A stretch of 64,000 bases of DNA from Eledone cirrhosa (taxonomy: Eukaryota), in contig OZ024740.1 of NCBI GenBank assembly GCA_964016885.1, forward strand, positions 331,948,001 through 332,012,000, given 5' to 3'. Position 1 is the stretch's first letter. Each line of letters opens with the position of its first letter. Both the position numbers and the translations under genes were made by a program. The notes below the pieces were generated by a model. It did not search any database. It was not told where the DNA came from and worked only from the letters and a program-made list of their open reading frames with translations. Positions 51,380-64,000 of this stretch are shown here, piece after piece.

Positions 51380-53390
51380 TAATTTTGGTTGTAATTCATT
51401 TATGTTTATTGCCTCTGTGATTTGTCTAAACATTGCATCTTTTCTGTGTGTAGATTTTATTTTTATTTCTATGTTCTCTAATTTACCCTTATGTTATATT
51501 TTAGCATGTTGGTAGAATACAGATGATTCTTTACTATCTTGAAGGTTTCGCCAGTGTTCATTTATCCGTTCCCCTATACTACGAGCTATCTCACCTATGT
51601 ACACTATATTTTTATCTCTACATTGTCCTTCGGTACATCTTATGCTATATACTACACTTCTAGTTTTACTGTTAATATGGGGGCTTAATTTACAGATTAT
51701 ACATTTCTTATCTATACAGGGGGGTCTTTGAAAAGGGTATGTCTCGCTAATAAGTGTTTTTATGGATGTACCTGGTCTTTCTACTATCTTAATATTGAGT
51801 TTATGTTTATCTAGGGCCCTTCTAAATGTGTAAGATAATTCAACTCTAGGGGTTGTATTGATAAACATTACACTCTTGTATTTATTACTATCATACCATG
51901 AGTTTATTCTATTAACCTTATTCCTAGTTCTTTCTATTCTATTCCAAATTTTGCTCCTATACAAGGGGCAGTACCCATTTGTATCATTATTTACCATTTT
52001 TTCCCATTTGGTTCTGGCTCCTCTATATACTCTAATTTTATCTCTCTGATTGTAACCAGAGAACTGCATACGGTGGATGAAGTGTTGTATGTGTCTCTCT
52101 AGTTCTTCGGGGTTGCACATGCGGGACACGTTTCTCATCACCCGTACCAAATCCGCAATCAGTATGTTGATTTTAGTATGGTCCGAAACAGCTGAGTTAC
52201 TGTGGATCAGATATTTGGAAGTCATGAGTTTTGCATAATGGGAATGGAGGATTTGATTTTTGTTATTAATGGTATCTAACCAGAGCTCTGTGTCTAGTAC
52301 AGGTAATCGGTGGTTGGGGTGTTTGCTTGATTAGTCTATAGTAACTCTAATACTCTGATGGATGGAGTTAGCTATTTGCTGGATGATTTCCCTTGTGTTT
52401 TTCTCTAATTCCTGACTGTTCTCTAGTGGGGGTGTTTTAACTACGATGTTTATATCGTCAACGTAGCGGGAGTACATTATCAGGGTTAAGCTGTCTTCTA
52501 ATTGTTCTTTAAGTTTAAGTTTAAGTCTATTGCCCCACCATACCATGAATAAGTTAGCTATGTCGCTTGCAATGCTAACACCAATCGCTGCTCCCTCCTC
52601 TTGGGCATATGTTTTTCCATTAAATTTGAACATATGTTCCTTAAGGGTGTCATGTGCAATCATTTTCTTTAGTTCATCGTGGTTTTCGGGGGTCCGTATG
52701 GCTCTGATCCACCCGTTCCATCTATCTGTGTGGGTTTTCTTGGCCATTGAGGTAATGGCAGGTGGTCTGCCTCTTGCTGGTCTTGTAGGGAACAGGTTGC
52801 TAAGGTCATATGTGTCTAGATAATTATTACTATAGGTAAGTTTAAGTAGGAGTCCCAGCTCACTGGTATCAATCCCACGGAATTCAACATTGCTCTCACT
52901 AGTCATTTCTACGCATTTCTCCACAGCAAAATCCACGTCAATAGATGGATACAGGGACACAACATCCATACTACCTATTATTCAGTTTGTTAGGTCCCTA
53001 GATCGGTTACTCTCGCCGATTCTACTGAGGAGGTCCTCCGTGCTGTCACATATAACTGGGGACATTTCAATGATGGGGCGTATGATCAGGGAGAGGAAGT
53101 AGGACAGCCTGTAGTTACTAGCAATGTTAGCTCCACAGACTGGCCGTGTTGGTGGTCCCGTGACAGGGTCACTGCTCGTTTTATGGTCTTTTCGAAGCCC
53201 ATACAACGCTGGCACGTCATTGTTCCAGGCCTGGAAGTTGTTGGCAGTCCTTTTGTAGGGCTGCATTATATTTGTCCACATCATCATATGGGCATTGAGG
53301 GCTTTTTCTCCATCCTCATGCTTTTGTGGTGTTACTTCTCTTGTCTTACTGATGTGGGGTTGCATTGCCTGGATGTAGTTTGGCAGACTC
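51380..53390 (-). pseudogene. PLE RT + GIY-YIG endonuclease with stops
   Basis: ORFs 52982..53521, 52331..52969 and 51494..52225. Confidence 0.88.
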
Positions 53391-53911
53391 CTCTCCCTGA
53401 TCATACGCCCCATCATTGAAATGTCGCCAGATGTATGTGACAGCACGTAGTGAGACAGCTCGTAGTATAGGGGAACGGATAAATGGACATTGGCGAGACC
53501 TTCAAGATAGTAAAGAATCATCTGTACTCTACCAACATCCTAAAATAGAACATAAGGGTAAATTAGAGAACATAGAAATAAACATAAAATCTACACACAG
53601 AAAAGATGCAATGTTTAGACAAATCACAGAGGCAATAAACATAAATGAACTCCAACCAAAATTAAATAGAAAACATCAGTGGAACAGCAACATCGCAACT
53701 TACAATTAAGGACAAAATGAAAACACACACGCACATAGAACAAACAACCAACCAGTAACATGTAAATAAACAAATAAATAAACGAATATAAACACACACA
53801 GACACGCGGATGTAACACATGCGCAAACTAAGCACACAACACACACACAAAAACAAGATGGCGTAGGACAGAACAAAGGAGAGGCACAAAAAACAAAGAA
53901 AAGAATCCCCA

Positions 53912-53954
53912 GTCACTGAAGAGGTTACAGAATGTGTGACGAAAGAACTTTGAC
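53912..53954 (+). ncRNA. Minimal type I hammerhead in the inverted pLTR
   Basis: GTCA-CTGAAGA-G-GTTACA gaatg TGTGAC-GAAAG-AA-CTT-TGAC. Confidence 0.78.
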
Positions 53955-54179
53955 AATATATAAACAACCATCTGGTTGTGGAACCAACCAACCGGAAATT
54001 TATAAATTCCTAAATTTATAAATTTATTATAATAAATTGAAGTGAAAGCACCTGGTGCGTGTGTTTCTTATTGGCAACATGACCCTCCCAAAGTATAACA
54101 ATATCGGTTTCAACACACGTTTTCAGATAAAGGATCTTGCTAAACAAATTCAGAAACTAGATAAATATATAGATACATA

Positions 54180-54273
54180 GATATATAGATAGATAGATAG
54201 TTAGATAGATACATACATACATACATACATACATACATACATACATACATACATACATACATACATACATACA

Positions 54274-54303
<30 letters not shown>
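54180..54303. repeat. (GATA)n/(CATA)n microsatellite
   Basis: Direct reading. Confidence 0.95.
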
Positions 54304-54304
<1 letters not shown>

Positions 54305-56986
54305 TACATTTACACAATCATATATAAATATAATTTCTGACTTTTATACAATTTCATTGATACTGTCATTTATCTGTCTACCGTGATCTAATTCTGTTCA
54401 GCTTACGACTTTAATTCCATTATAGACTCACTAAGAGCAAATATAAGTAAGCCAGGAAGTTAACGAGATCAAATTAATAGAATATTGGTGGAGTAGGTGA
54501 TGGCAATGGTTTAGATAACAATTCGACGTTGAGTGCAATGAAAACCATTGCGACCAATATGAACAGTGATGAATACTATTGGTCAACCGCTATTAGCGAG
54601 CTAATTTGTTTTCTTTTTCTTCCTTTGCAGACTCCATTTACATCCGTGGAAATAGATGCTATCATTAAGGTAATTTGATGATGCGCAAGTAATTGTTAAT
54701 GGTGTTAGGTTAGTTAAGACTAATGGCTACGAATTTCATGTCTGCTACTGGGTGCTTACTATTCAGTAGTTTCAAATGTGCAGTTCCACCCTACTCTCAA
54801 CTTCGTTTTTTGTTTTTGTTTTTCTGTTGTTTTGCCTTTTAGTAATTTTAGGTTTCAATTTAGCTATAATCAATATATTTTTACACCAATAGACAGTGAG
54901 TGCATTCATCGACAGTAAAATTCAAACACTACCCTCCCAACTGATCAAAGTTACTATTTTCTGTTCGTAATGTAATAACTAAATCACTCTTAGCGACACA
55001 TTGAAATTCACATCACTTTGGTAACAGACACAACAGACAGATTCTTTTTTTAATGCTTGGCATTATTTTGAAGAAAATATATTCTAACGAACTTATGTGA
55101 TATCTAATTTGCATCTTATAACCTTTACGTATAAGTTGCAATAACAGGTAGATGTCAGAGAAAAGAGTAACATTTATGTTAAATTGAATTCAAAGAAAAA
55201 TACTAGAAATATATGAAGTTAATACGTCAACAATAAATGTAATCTACACTGTGTGCTCATGTGAATACAAAGAAATGCTAACAAAGGTAATAAAAAAAAT
55301 ATCTATTTACATAACATCAGAGTTGATTTAATCAGAGTTAGTAATATATCAGGTTCGACTGAAACAACTTTACAATCGACTTTCACTGAACGATAGCGTT
55401 TTGTCTACGTTGATTAAAAAAATTGATTTTTGGTGTTTTGTAGACGTTTTAAAACTACAGGCATATTTGCTGAGTTTACTCTTACAACCCATTGGTAATT
55501 CCGTGTAATGTGTCTTTATGTTAAATATACACAAGCAATGACTAATGTTTAATGTTAATCTATAAGTTTTAAGCCTTATGTAAAGCTGTCACTTAGGTAA
55601 TTTGTCAAAAACATTTAAGAAACAACTAGTTTTTTTCCCCGAGGACAAGGAATAACAAATTACACAAGAGCTTTAATATATCTTAAACATTGTACACTAA
55701 AACTTAAAATAACATAACGACTGAAATTGATAATATACCTATAGTTTTCCTTTTAAAATAATGATATTCCAATAATTTGTGAATGTCTAAAAGTAACATT
55801 ATCAGATTCTTTGCAGTGTTTTTGCAGTGCATTTGATTTGATATAATTTATTGTAACAGTAGTATTTATATTGCTAACATTTATTACTAATTTTCATTTC
55901 TATTTTACGCTTTCGTATTAACAAATCACATTTGTGACATATCTTATAATCGCATTTAATGTAATTAATATATTTATGTTGATTATTCGTATTTCTTTTA
56001 TTAATTTATGTGAATACCATCAAGTTAGAAACATTGTAAATTATTATGTTGCAAGAAGAAGAAGAAGAAGAAGAAGAAGAAGAAGATTTTTTTGCTGGTT
56101 TGTCAAAACTATTGTTTCCTTGATAAACGTAGCTTTAGAAACGAATGCTTGAAATATGTTTCTATCTATTAAGAGAGATAAAGTGCTGAAACTTATTTCT
56201 CGTTGTCTGTCATACAAAATATAATGTTGATTTGAATAGAATTTCGAGGAGGTTTGCATAACAAGATTTCATATATTCAAGTCATGGCTTAAAAGAGAAT
56301 AGGAGTGTCTTCCATGGCATAAATATTCCTCTCACATTTAGCTAGACAATGAGAGTAAACAATGGTCTTTTCTTCAGGCATTTGGCGATATACTATGGAT
56401 ATTTATGTACAAGTTACCGGGAGCTCAAAATTTGACTTAAAGCTAATGGAATTTTAATACTGTGCCTGTTTATTTTGCTTTGCATCTCACAATTTAGAGG
56501 AAATGTTTTATAGAAATTGAGTATAATGTAAATATCAAGTTAAATAAAAAAGAATGCTAAATACATATGCACATGTTGTGTGTATCGTCATCTTTTTATA
56601 TGTTCATTTCACAAATTGAGATATATTTGCATCAATTTCTTTTCACAATAATACGTATTCCTTACGAAATAATTCTATATATAAATATCCGGTTCATTTA
56701 AGTAGCCTTGGGAAAGTTTGAAATTTGGAATGTAGTCATCCTAGTGCAAATGGCTATGAGAATTCATGAACACTGTAAATAATAATGAAACATATCGGTA
56801 AAATACTCGACCAAAGTAAAAAACAACAGTTAAAATGTGTGACATCAAGAAAAACGCCCATCTCCTCTTCTAATCTTGACATACAAACTTGTCTAAATTC
56901 AAGGACTTCCAAAACCACCACCACTATTACTACCATCATTTAAACGATAAATACAAAAAGGTTGAAAACTAAACTGATCCTTCTCG

Positions 56987-57077
<91 letters not shown>

Positions 57078-57466
57078 TTTGTGTGTGTGTGTGTGTGTGT
57101 GAGTGCGTGTTGATATCAGTGTGTGTGTATGCATGTGTGTGTTAACCAAGGCCTGGGCTTTGCGGTTAAATAAATTTACACTCGAGGGTTTAGTTTTTTA
57201 TAATTTTATTAAGCTCCTTAACTAGCCAACATTGAACATTCACTAACTTGGGATATCTTAGCTAGATCTCCAGCGTTTAATGGGAGAAAAACTGTTGCGA
57301 TCTCTGTCTTACCGAGGCCTGTCACATAACTTTGTCAAACCCCCCCCCCCAAAAAATGACAGCAATGAGTTGGTCATCAACTGCCACCACCGCAGAGCGA
57401 GCTCCTTCGCTAACAGAATATTCGACCTATCCTTAAAAACATCGTTAGTCCACCACATAAAAACCA

Positions 57467-57596
57467 ATAAGTTACGTCCCTCGCATTAACTTAGTTACAG
57501 ATCTCATTGTGACTATACCTATAAGCTACCTCCCTTGCATTATCTTGGTTACAACTCTCATTGGGGCCTTTGGCTCTTCAAGAGTTACCTCCCTTG
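57467..57596. repeat. Degenerate ~55-bp tandem repeat with an AGTTACCTCCCTTG core
   Basis: Units start at about 57467, 57521 and 57581. Confidence 0.65.
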
Positions 57597-58226
57597 AAAC
57601 CCATCTCTATATAATAAGGTAATTTTCCTACAAGAAGCCATATTGTTATGCAATAGGCGGCATTGTTTATTTCAGCCTCGACAGATATGTAATGTTTGTT
57701 TATACCATACCCTTGAGTTCTCCAGTGCCAAGGGACCTCATCGAGGGAGCTGCTAATCTGAGGATTCTTTACGGACACGTAACCCTCTTATTTTATTTTT
57801 ATTTCTACTTTATATATATTAATAATTTGATTATCTCATCTCAAGTTCCGAGGATCTGCTCCATAATATTATTTATGTTACTTATCTTTCTCTGCACCAA
57901 ATCAATAACGATCTTACCATCGATTGATCCAGAAATATTATATGGAGTAGTGAAACAATTGTAAACTGACATTCTTATCCTCTCTTTTTTATATTAAACT
58001 GCACTTAATGTTGATAATATTTGACTAATGTCTTCTATGTGAATTTGTGGTCTTGATTTGCTTAACTACTAAATATTTGCCGCTCTGTACACCTAACCTC
58101 CGCATGAATCCAACTGCTTTCCACTGCATCCAGCACCCGCTTTTAAGCGTTTGGCTTCTAATACCTTCGCCAATCTCTCCTATCCTATCTCTATCTCTCT
58201 ATTTAAGATTGGTTTACTCTTGAACT

Positions 58227-58294
<68 letters not shown>

Positions 58295-58689
58295 TTGTGT
58301 GTGTGTGTTAGTGTATGTATGTATTCATGTTCACTAAGGTCTTTTATATTTATGATTTTTTTTCAGTTGAAATCACGTCATATCGATTGCGCCCTGAATT
58401 CACTTCACATAAGAGCTACAACGACGAAAATATAAAGAGGTGCGTACATGTTTAAAGGTTTCACAGTTTGTTGGTGTTTTTTTTTAATGATATACAGACA
58501 AAATGAAATAAATTTACTTCAACATTTGTTGATTGTAGTCAAGTTATTAGTGAGTAGGAAACATGGTGGTCTTCATCATGTTCAATCTGTTGTTATAAAG
58601 TTATGAAATAATTTACTTGTCTTTTGCTTTTCATTACCTGAATGGGTTCAAGAGATCAAGAGATATCGGGGAAAACTTTCACATTACAA

Positions 58690-58775
<86 letters not shown>

Positions 58776-58780
<5 letters not shown>

Positions 58781-58943
58781 AATTAGTATATCTACCAACA
58801 TATATATACATATGGAAGCAAATATATAGGTTTTGTCTTAGTAACTTTATGGTTCAAGGGTATGCAGAACAATTATATGAAAAACGTAAAATAAGAAAAT
58901 TATAGTTAATTACTATAATTTTCTTAATTTACGTTTTTCATAT
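58776..58943 (-). mobile_element. Diverged relative of the 521-nt unit, with terminal fold-back, in (TA)n
   Basis: Matches 21436-21590 (GCAAATATATAGGTTTTGTCTTAGTAAC...); hairpin 58875-58943. Confidence 0.85.
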
Positions 58944-59126
58944 ATATATATATATATATTAAAGAGTTAAACAATATTCAATGAGTATATCAAAGAATGA
59001 GTTTTACAGTAGATTGGAAGCACTCTATGGAAAATAATTTTCTAGAGTTATTAATATTAAAATACAAATATTAATATAATACATGTTCTTTTTATCAATT
59101 ACATTAATATATATATATACATACCA

Positions 59127-59157
<31 letters not shown>

Positions 59158-59213
59158 CTTTTGAAGTTGAATGAAGTCTACACACACACAAACACACACA
59201 TAAATATATATAC

Positions 59214-59258
<45 letters not shown>

Positions 59259-59370
59259 CTTTTGAAGGTGAATGAAGTCTACAAGTAATCTGTCCTTTTG
59301 TTGAGTTCTAATCTTTTGTTGATATTTGGAATTTGAGTTTGATTATTAGAATATATTATTTGAATCCTAG

Positions 59371-59561
59371 GGTGGTGGATTGGCAGTATTGTTAGAGGGT
59401 CGGGCGCCATGGTTGAAGCATAGAGTTACCTCCCTTTATGATCTGAGTTCAAATCCCGCCGAGGTTAACTTTGCCTTTCATCCTTACGGGGTCGATAAAA
59501 TAAAGTACCAGTAATGCACTGGGATAATTGCTGGCCTGGTGCCAAAAGTAGAAACAATTAT
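59371..59561 (+). mobile_element. tRNA-derived SINE, full length, 16-bp TSD
   Basis: A box TGGCAGTATTG, B box GAGTTCAAATCC; TSD ATTATTTGAATCCTAG at 59355-59370 and 59557-59572. Confidence 0.93.
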
Positions 59562-61872
59562 TTGAATCCTAGATTGCTGATATTTCTATCCATGGCTTCC
59601 ATAGGAACAATTATATCTTTTTTGTTTAGAAACGTAAAACTCGCTGTATTTAGTGTATTTGATACGGTAAAACACCTATTACCGTATGTATTTATATGTG
59701 GTGCGGAAGCCGCAACTTGCCAGCCCGCATTAGTTTTTGTTGTTTTCAAGCAATTTTGTAACAAGCATTTCTGCTGACCCAACGGATAGTCAGTTGACCT
59801 CAGATATTTAAACCCAGGACCATAATACCTCCTCAAACACATTTTTCCTTGTGTTGCAACATTTTAATGGCAAGATAACTGCGGATATCTGCAAGAATCT
59901 CTTGATGAATGGATTTTATGTTGAAATATTAAGATTAATAAACAAATCCAAAGTAACATTGAACATCCTTGTTTAGCATTTAATTCATATATATATCTTT
60001 AGCATTTAATGTTTATATATATCTTTAGCATTTCATGAGAAGGATCTTGTTTTGCCTTTGAATGTATATGTGCGTTGTTCCTTTATGTTAGAATAAGATA
60101 TGTTTACAATATTTATATTTATATTTGTGTGCTGTATACATATGACAGTACTTACAGGCAATTGCGTCCATTTTAAAAAGATTTCCAGGGCAAAATATTA
60201 AACCATAACACATTAACTTGCTTTATCCTAACTTTCAATTTCTAGAACACTGTGTTTATGAATATGGTGTTCACCTGATAATTTACGTACGTTAGTTTCG
60301 TAAGCTAAAATCTAAATGCTAATCGTATGCATTGAACTAGCTGTCATGAATACGTCAGTTGTCTTGGAGTTTAATATGATTCACGTATCACAACTCTAAT
60401 CAGAGATAGAATTCTGTAATATCTTTTGGATATCCGAAAAATAAACACATTTTACATGTATGTGTGTATATATATCTATATGTATGTATATATATATGTA
60501 TGTATATATATATATGTGTATGTATGTGTGTGTATTTGTCTGTATGTGCGTGTGTGTGTGTGTGTGTTTATGTCTATGTATATATAAGTGTATATGTGTG
60601 AGTCAATGACCATGTGTGTGTGTGTATGTGCGTGTAAATGTGTACATGTGCACTTGCATGCATCCGCAATAGACGTACAATATAATGAGTAGAACCATGC
60701 TAAACTCGTGCTGTTCGTCATTGCAATGAATCGATTTTTCTGCCTTGGTAGAAGAAATATAGAATACCATGGAGATAGTCAAATTGATAATGGCAACCTG
60801 AAAGCATTAAATAACGTAAAAGAATATGGTTGAAAAACGGTTCGAGAAATATCTATCAACTTGATAAAATCTTTGTGGCAGAATCTTTCTTGTTTACATA
60901 TCATCATTTCACTGAACATCAATGCAGACTGATTTTCTATATAACAGTAAAAATAAATAAATGAATATTAAAAGGAAACAAAGAAACATGTAAAGGAAAA
61001 TGTGTTGAAAATTAATGAAGTGAAATAAAATCCTAAAATAAATACGAAATGATATAAGAATAAAAAGAAAAGGACCAAAAGGAATAGAAATAGATAACAA
61101 ATAAGATATGAAGTTGTATGTCATTAGTTTTGTTAGAAATAAACAAATTGCAGAAGGTTTGTGTTTGCTACATCACTAGCACACAAGAGTTTCTTTTATT
61201 ATTTAAAGTTCTGTAAAAAACGACCACCCGATCAAATGAGAATTAATTCGTTACATTGACAGGATGACATAAATATAATCATAGAATTTTTTTTATTGAA
61301 ACATGTCGTGTGTAGTATGTTATGATGCCAGATACATTCCTTTACTTCAAATACATCACATGGTATGATAATAATTCTTATTGAGGTGCTGCTCAAATCC
61401 AGAAAATCTGACGGCAGGGAAAATGTGATTAAATCAACCCATTACTTTACTAGTTATTTATTTTATCAAACGCGGAAGGAGGAGATGCAAAGTTGACATT
61501 ATTGGGATTTGAATTCAGAATCGAAGGAGCCAACACTAATAACTCAGTGATCTTTTATGAAACGCTCTATAGATTTTGCCAATCCAACACACGTCGTACC
61601 CTATACGTAAATTCTACATTAATCCACCAGAGATTTTTTAAATATTTTAACTGATTTAAGAATTCAATTGCGTCTATCGTGGGTCATGTCATTCAAATGT
61701 TCTTTGGGATTATAAACTCTTCATTAATGTATCGAGTGTATATTGCTAGAAATGTCTTAAAATACGTAACACTAACTGGGAACTGACTGAAGGACATACA
61801 ATTCATCAGGACAGTAATGCAGGAGAATATTTGTCTGAATGTATTTCTTTGCACATGACACGAATAACCACC

Positions 61873-61910
<38 letters not shown>

Positions 61911-62255
61911 GATAACAAGTTATCCTTATACGTAATCCAGTTAGAGGTTATGAGTACTCTGTGTCGTAGATAGTTTTAACGTACGGCTTTGTTTGACTCA
62001 ACAAGATGTTTTCATAGTTAGGCAGCGTGTTCGCGAGAATTCCTATGCTTACTTGGAGTAATTATAGTGAAAATTTGAGGATTTGATCAGAGGTAAATAA
62101 TGTAATGGAGATCGAGTGACGCAACTTCGAGCGATTAGCATTCCAGACTCACCTGATCAATGAAACAATTGTTGGACCTGAAATAAAGCCCCTTGTTTTA
62201 CAGCCGACTATGTTACTCTTCAATCTTTCACTATATATATATATACCCACACACA

Positions 62256-62362
<107 letters not shown>

Positions 62363-62780
62363 GTAGGGAAATGGAAAATCTCGGTGTTTGGAAGCTGTTA
62401 AAACAGCAAAATATCGTCGAAGCGGCGCTGGGTGAAATATTACCTCGAACGACAGAGATCAGCGGCTCGATGTGGGTTGACGAAGAAGAGAAGAGAAGAT
62501 AAGAAGGAAGAAATAGAACGGATGAATGAGAACAGGTCACAAACATTAAATATGCTCTTCAGATCTTAACCTATTGCAGTTTCGACGAATTAATGAGATT
62601 ACTGCGAAGAATAGGAGGCTCGGAACGGAGAAATAAATATCTTGTTTATTTAATGTTTGCGTTGGCACATGTTAGAGAGAGAGAGAAAGATGCAGTGCGT
62701 CCAATAAACCTCAAGTAGTCGCGAGAAAGGAAGAATAGTGGCGTCGTAAGGAAATCTGACCTGTAGAAGGCAGAGGAGGG

Positions 62781-62910
62781 AAGGGAGAATGTAACAGTGG
62801 GAGGGAGAGGGAAGGGAGAAAGTAACAGTGAGAGGGACAGAGAAGGGAGAAAGTAACAGTGGGAAGGAGAGGGGGAAAGATAAGGAACAGTGAGAGGGAA
62901 GGGAGAGAAA
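62781..62910. repeat. 31-bp purine-rich minisatellite, about 4 units
   Basis: AAGGGAGAAAGTAACAGTG.GAGGGA.AG.G repeats. Confidence 0.85.
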
Positions 62911-63063
62911 GAAAGAATGAAAGCACGGGGGACGGAGGAAGAGGGACGAAAAGACAACTCAGCTTAGGCATGATAACAAATCCCGGATTTCTTATGATTT
63001 TCTGTCAATCCACGACGTTTGAAGGAAACTCGCTTGACGGAATCCGTAACATTATTTGTATTT

Positions 63064-63239
63064 GGGCGGTGGATTGGCAGTATCGGTAGAGGGTCGGACG
63101 CCATCCTTTCCAGCATAGTTACGCCCCTTTACGATCTGAGTTCAAATCTCGCCTTTCATCCTTACAGGGTCGATAAAATAAAGTACCAGTAATGCACTGG
63201 ATAATTGCTGGCCTTGTGCCTAAAGTAGAAACAATTATT
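63064..63239 (+). mobile_element. tRNA-derived SINE with 14-bp TSD
   Basis: A and B boxes; TSD ATTATTTGTATTTG at 63051-63064 and 63234-63247. Confidence 0.93.
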
Positions 63240-63639
63240 TGTATTTGTAATTCCATCTTAGTTACTCATTGTGACCTGCCCATTATAGACGGGAATTATG
63301 TTAAGAGAATGTATTTCCATAGTTTGCTGATTTATACATGTTAGTTTAATGTGTACATAGGAATATTTTAGGGAACAACTGGAATATTCATCGTCGAACC
63401 AGATAGAGCGCTATAACTCTCGTAGCATTTGAGAAACCTCAGCAATATTCGAGTGATTATTGTATGATTATATACTTAGCATTAGTGTTAGTACAATAGC
63501 AATAATTGTGATTTAGTTGTTCTTGTATTTGCTGTATATATGTTGTAGAATCCAAAAATAAGTTGTAAATGCAGTCGAGATAGTTTAGCTTCAATGTTTT
63601 TATATGTTTTCTAGCAAGCGTTGTGGTATTATAGTTGTA

Positions 63640-63824
63640 ATAGTTTCGACTTTTGGCACAAAGCCAGCGAATACCCCAGTGCATCACTTGTACTTTATTT
63701 TATCGACCGCGTAAGGATGAAAGGCAAAGTTAACCTCGGCAGATTTGAACTCAGAACGCAAACGGCCATAACTATGCTGCAAACCATGGTGTCTGACGTT
63801 TTACCGATACTGCCAATCCACCGC
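63640..63824 (-). mobile_element. tRNA-derived SINE with 12-bp TSD
   Basis: Core match; AGTTGTAATAGT on both sides. Confidence 0.88.
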
Positions 63825-64000
63825 AGTTGTAATAGTATTGGTAGATAGGCAGCAGTTGGGGTATATTTGGTATAGATAGTTTATTTCTAAACCTTTTTGC
63901 TAGATGGACAAATCACGAGTGTGGTATAAAGTGCATATGTGTGTATAACTATTTCGAAGTACTTTATGAAATACTATAATGGGGATAATCATTGTCGCTG

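Larger units (their letters stand above)
50936..54104 (-). mobile_element. Penelope-like element 4 with ~655-bp inverted 5' pseudo-LTR
   Basis: PALYGLRKDHK, PTRPVCG, MDVVSLYPSI, QEEGAAIG, SRYVDDI, VVYSIRC...YIGE.ARS..ER..EH. 53449-54104 is the reverse complement of 50936-51598. Confidence 0.92.

Noticed and set aside
57705-57750. Minus-strand hammerhead (TCGATGA...GAAC)
   Set aside because: Both core boxes are defective and the stems are weak.
59371-59465. tRNA gene
   Set aside because: The A and B boxes belong to the SINE head; there is no cloverleaf and the element has a TSD.

Overview
AT-rich eukaryotic DNA full of microsatellites. It is very probably cephalopod (Octopus-like), inferred from the tRNA-derived SINE family and the repeat landscape. 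No host protein-coding gene could be supported; every recognisable ORF is retroelement-derived. Contents: four Penelope-like elements (PLEs) from at least three lineages (1-1900, 1904-3735, 18393-21097, 50936-54104), a decayed CR1-group LINE (4.6-7.8 kb), and a 17-kb nest of R4/Dong-type and Tx1-type LINEs joined at (AAT)n tracts (28.5-45.7 kb). There are also about 11 copies of a tRNA-SINE, two non-autonomous Helitrons and an RTE 3' end. The main unannotated signal is about 13 complete or partial type I hammerhead ribozyme (HHR) motifs, including a U3-A8 core variant. The best candidate for a new system is a non-coding 521-nt HHR-bearing unit, tandem and inverted, at 21.1-22.4 kb (retrozyme / mini-PLE-like, predicted circular RNA). 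A second candidate is a Tx1 LINE-SINE pair sharing a covarying 3' stem-loop and an ATTATT target site. All RNA structures were folded by eye; none is computed or tested.
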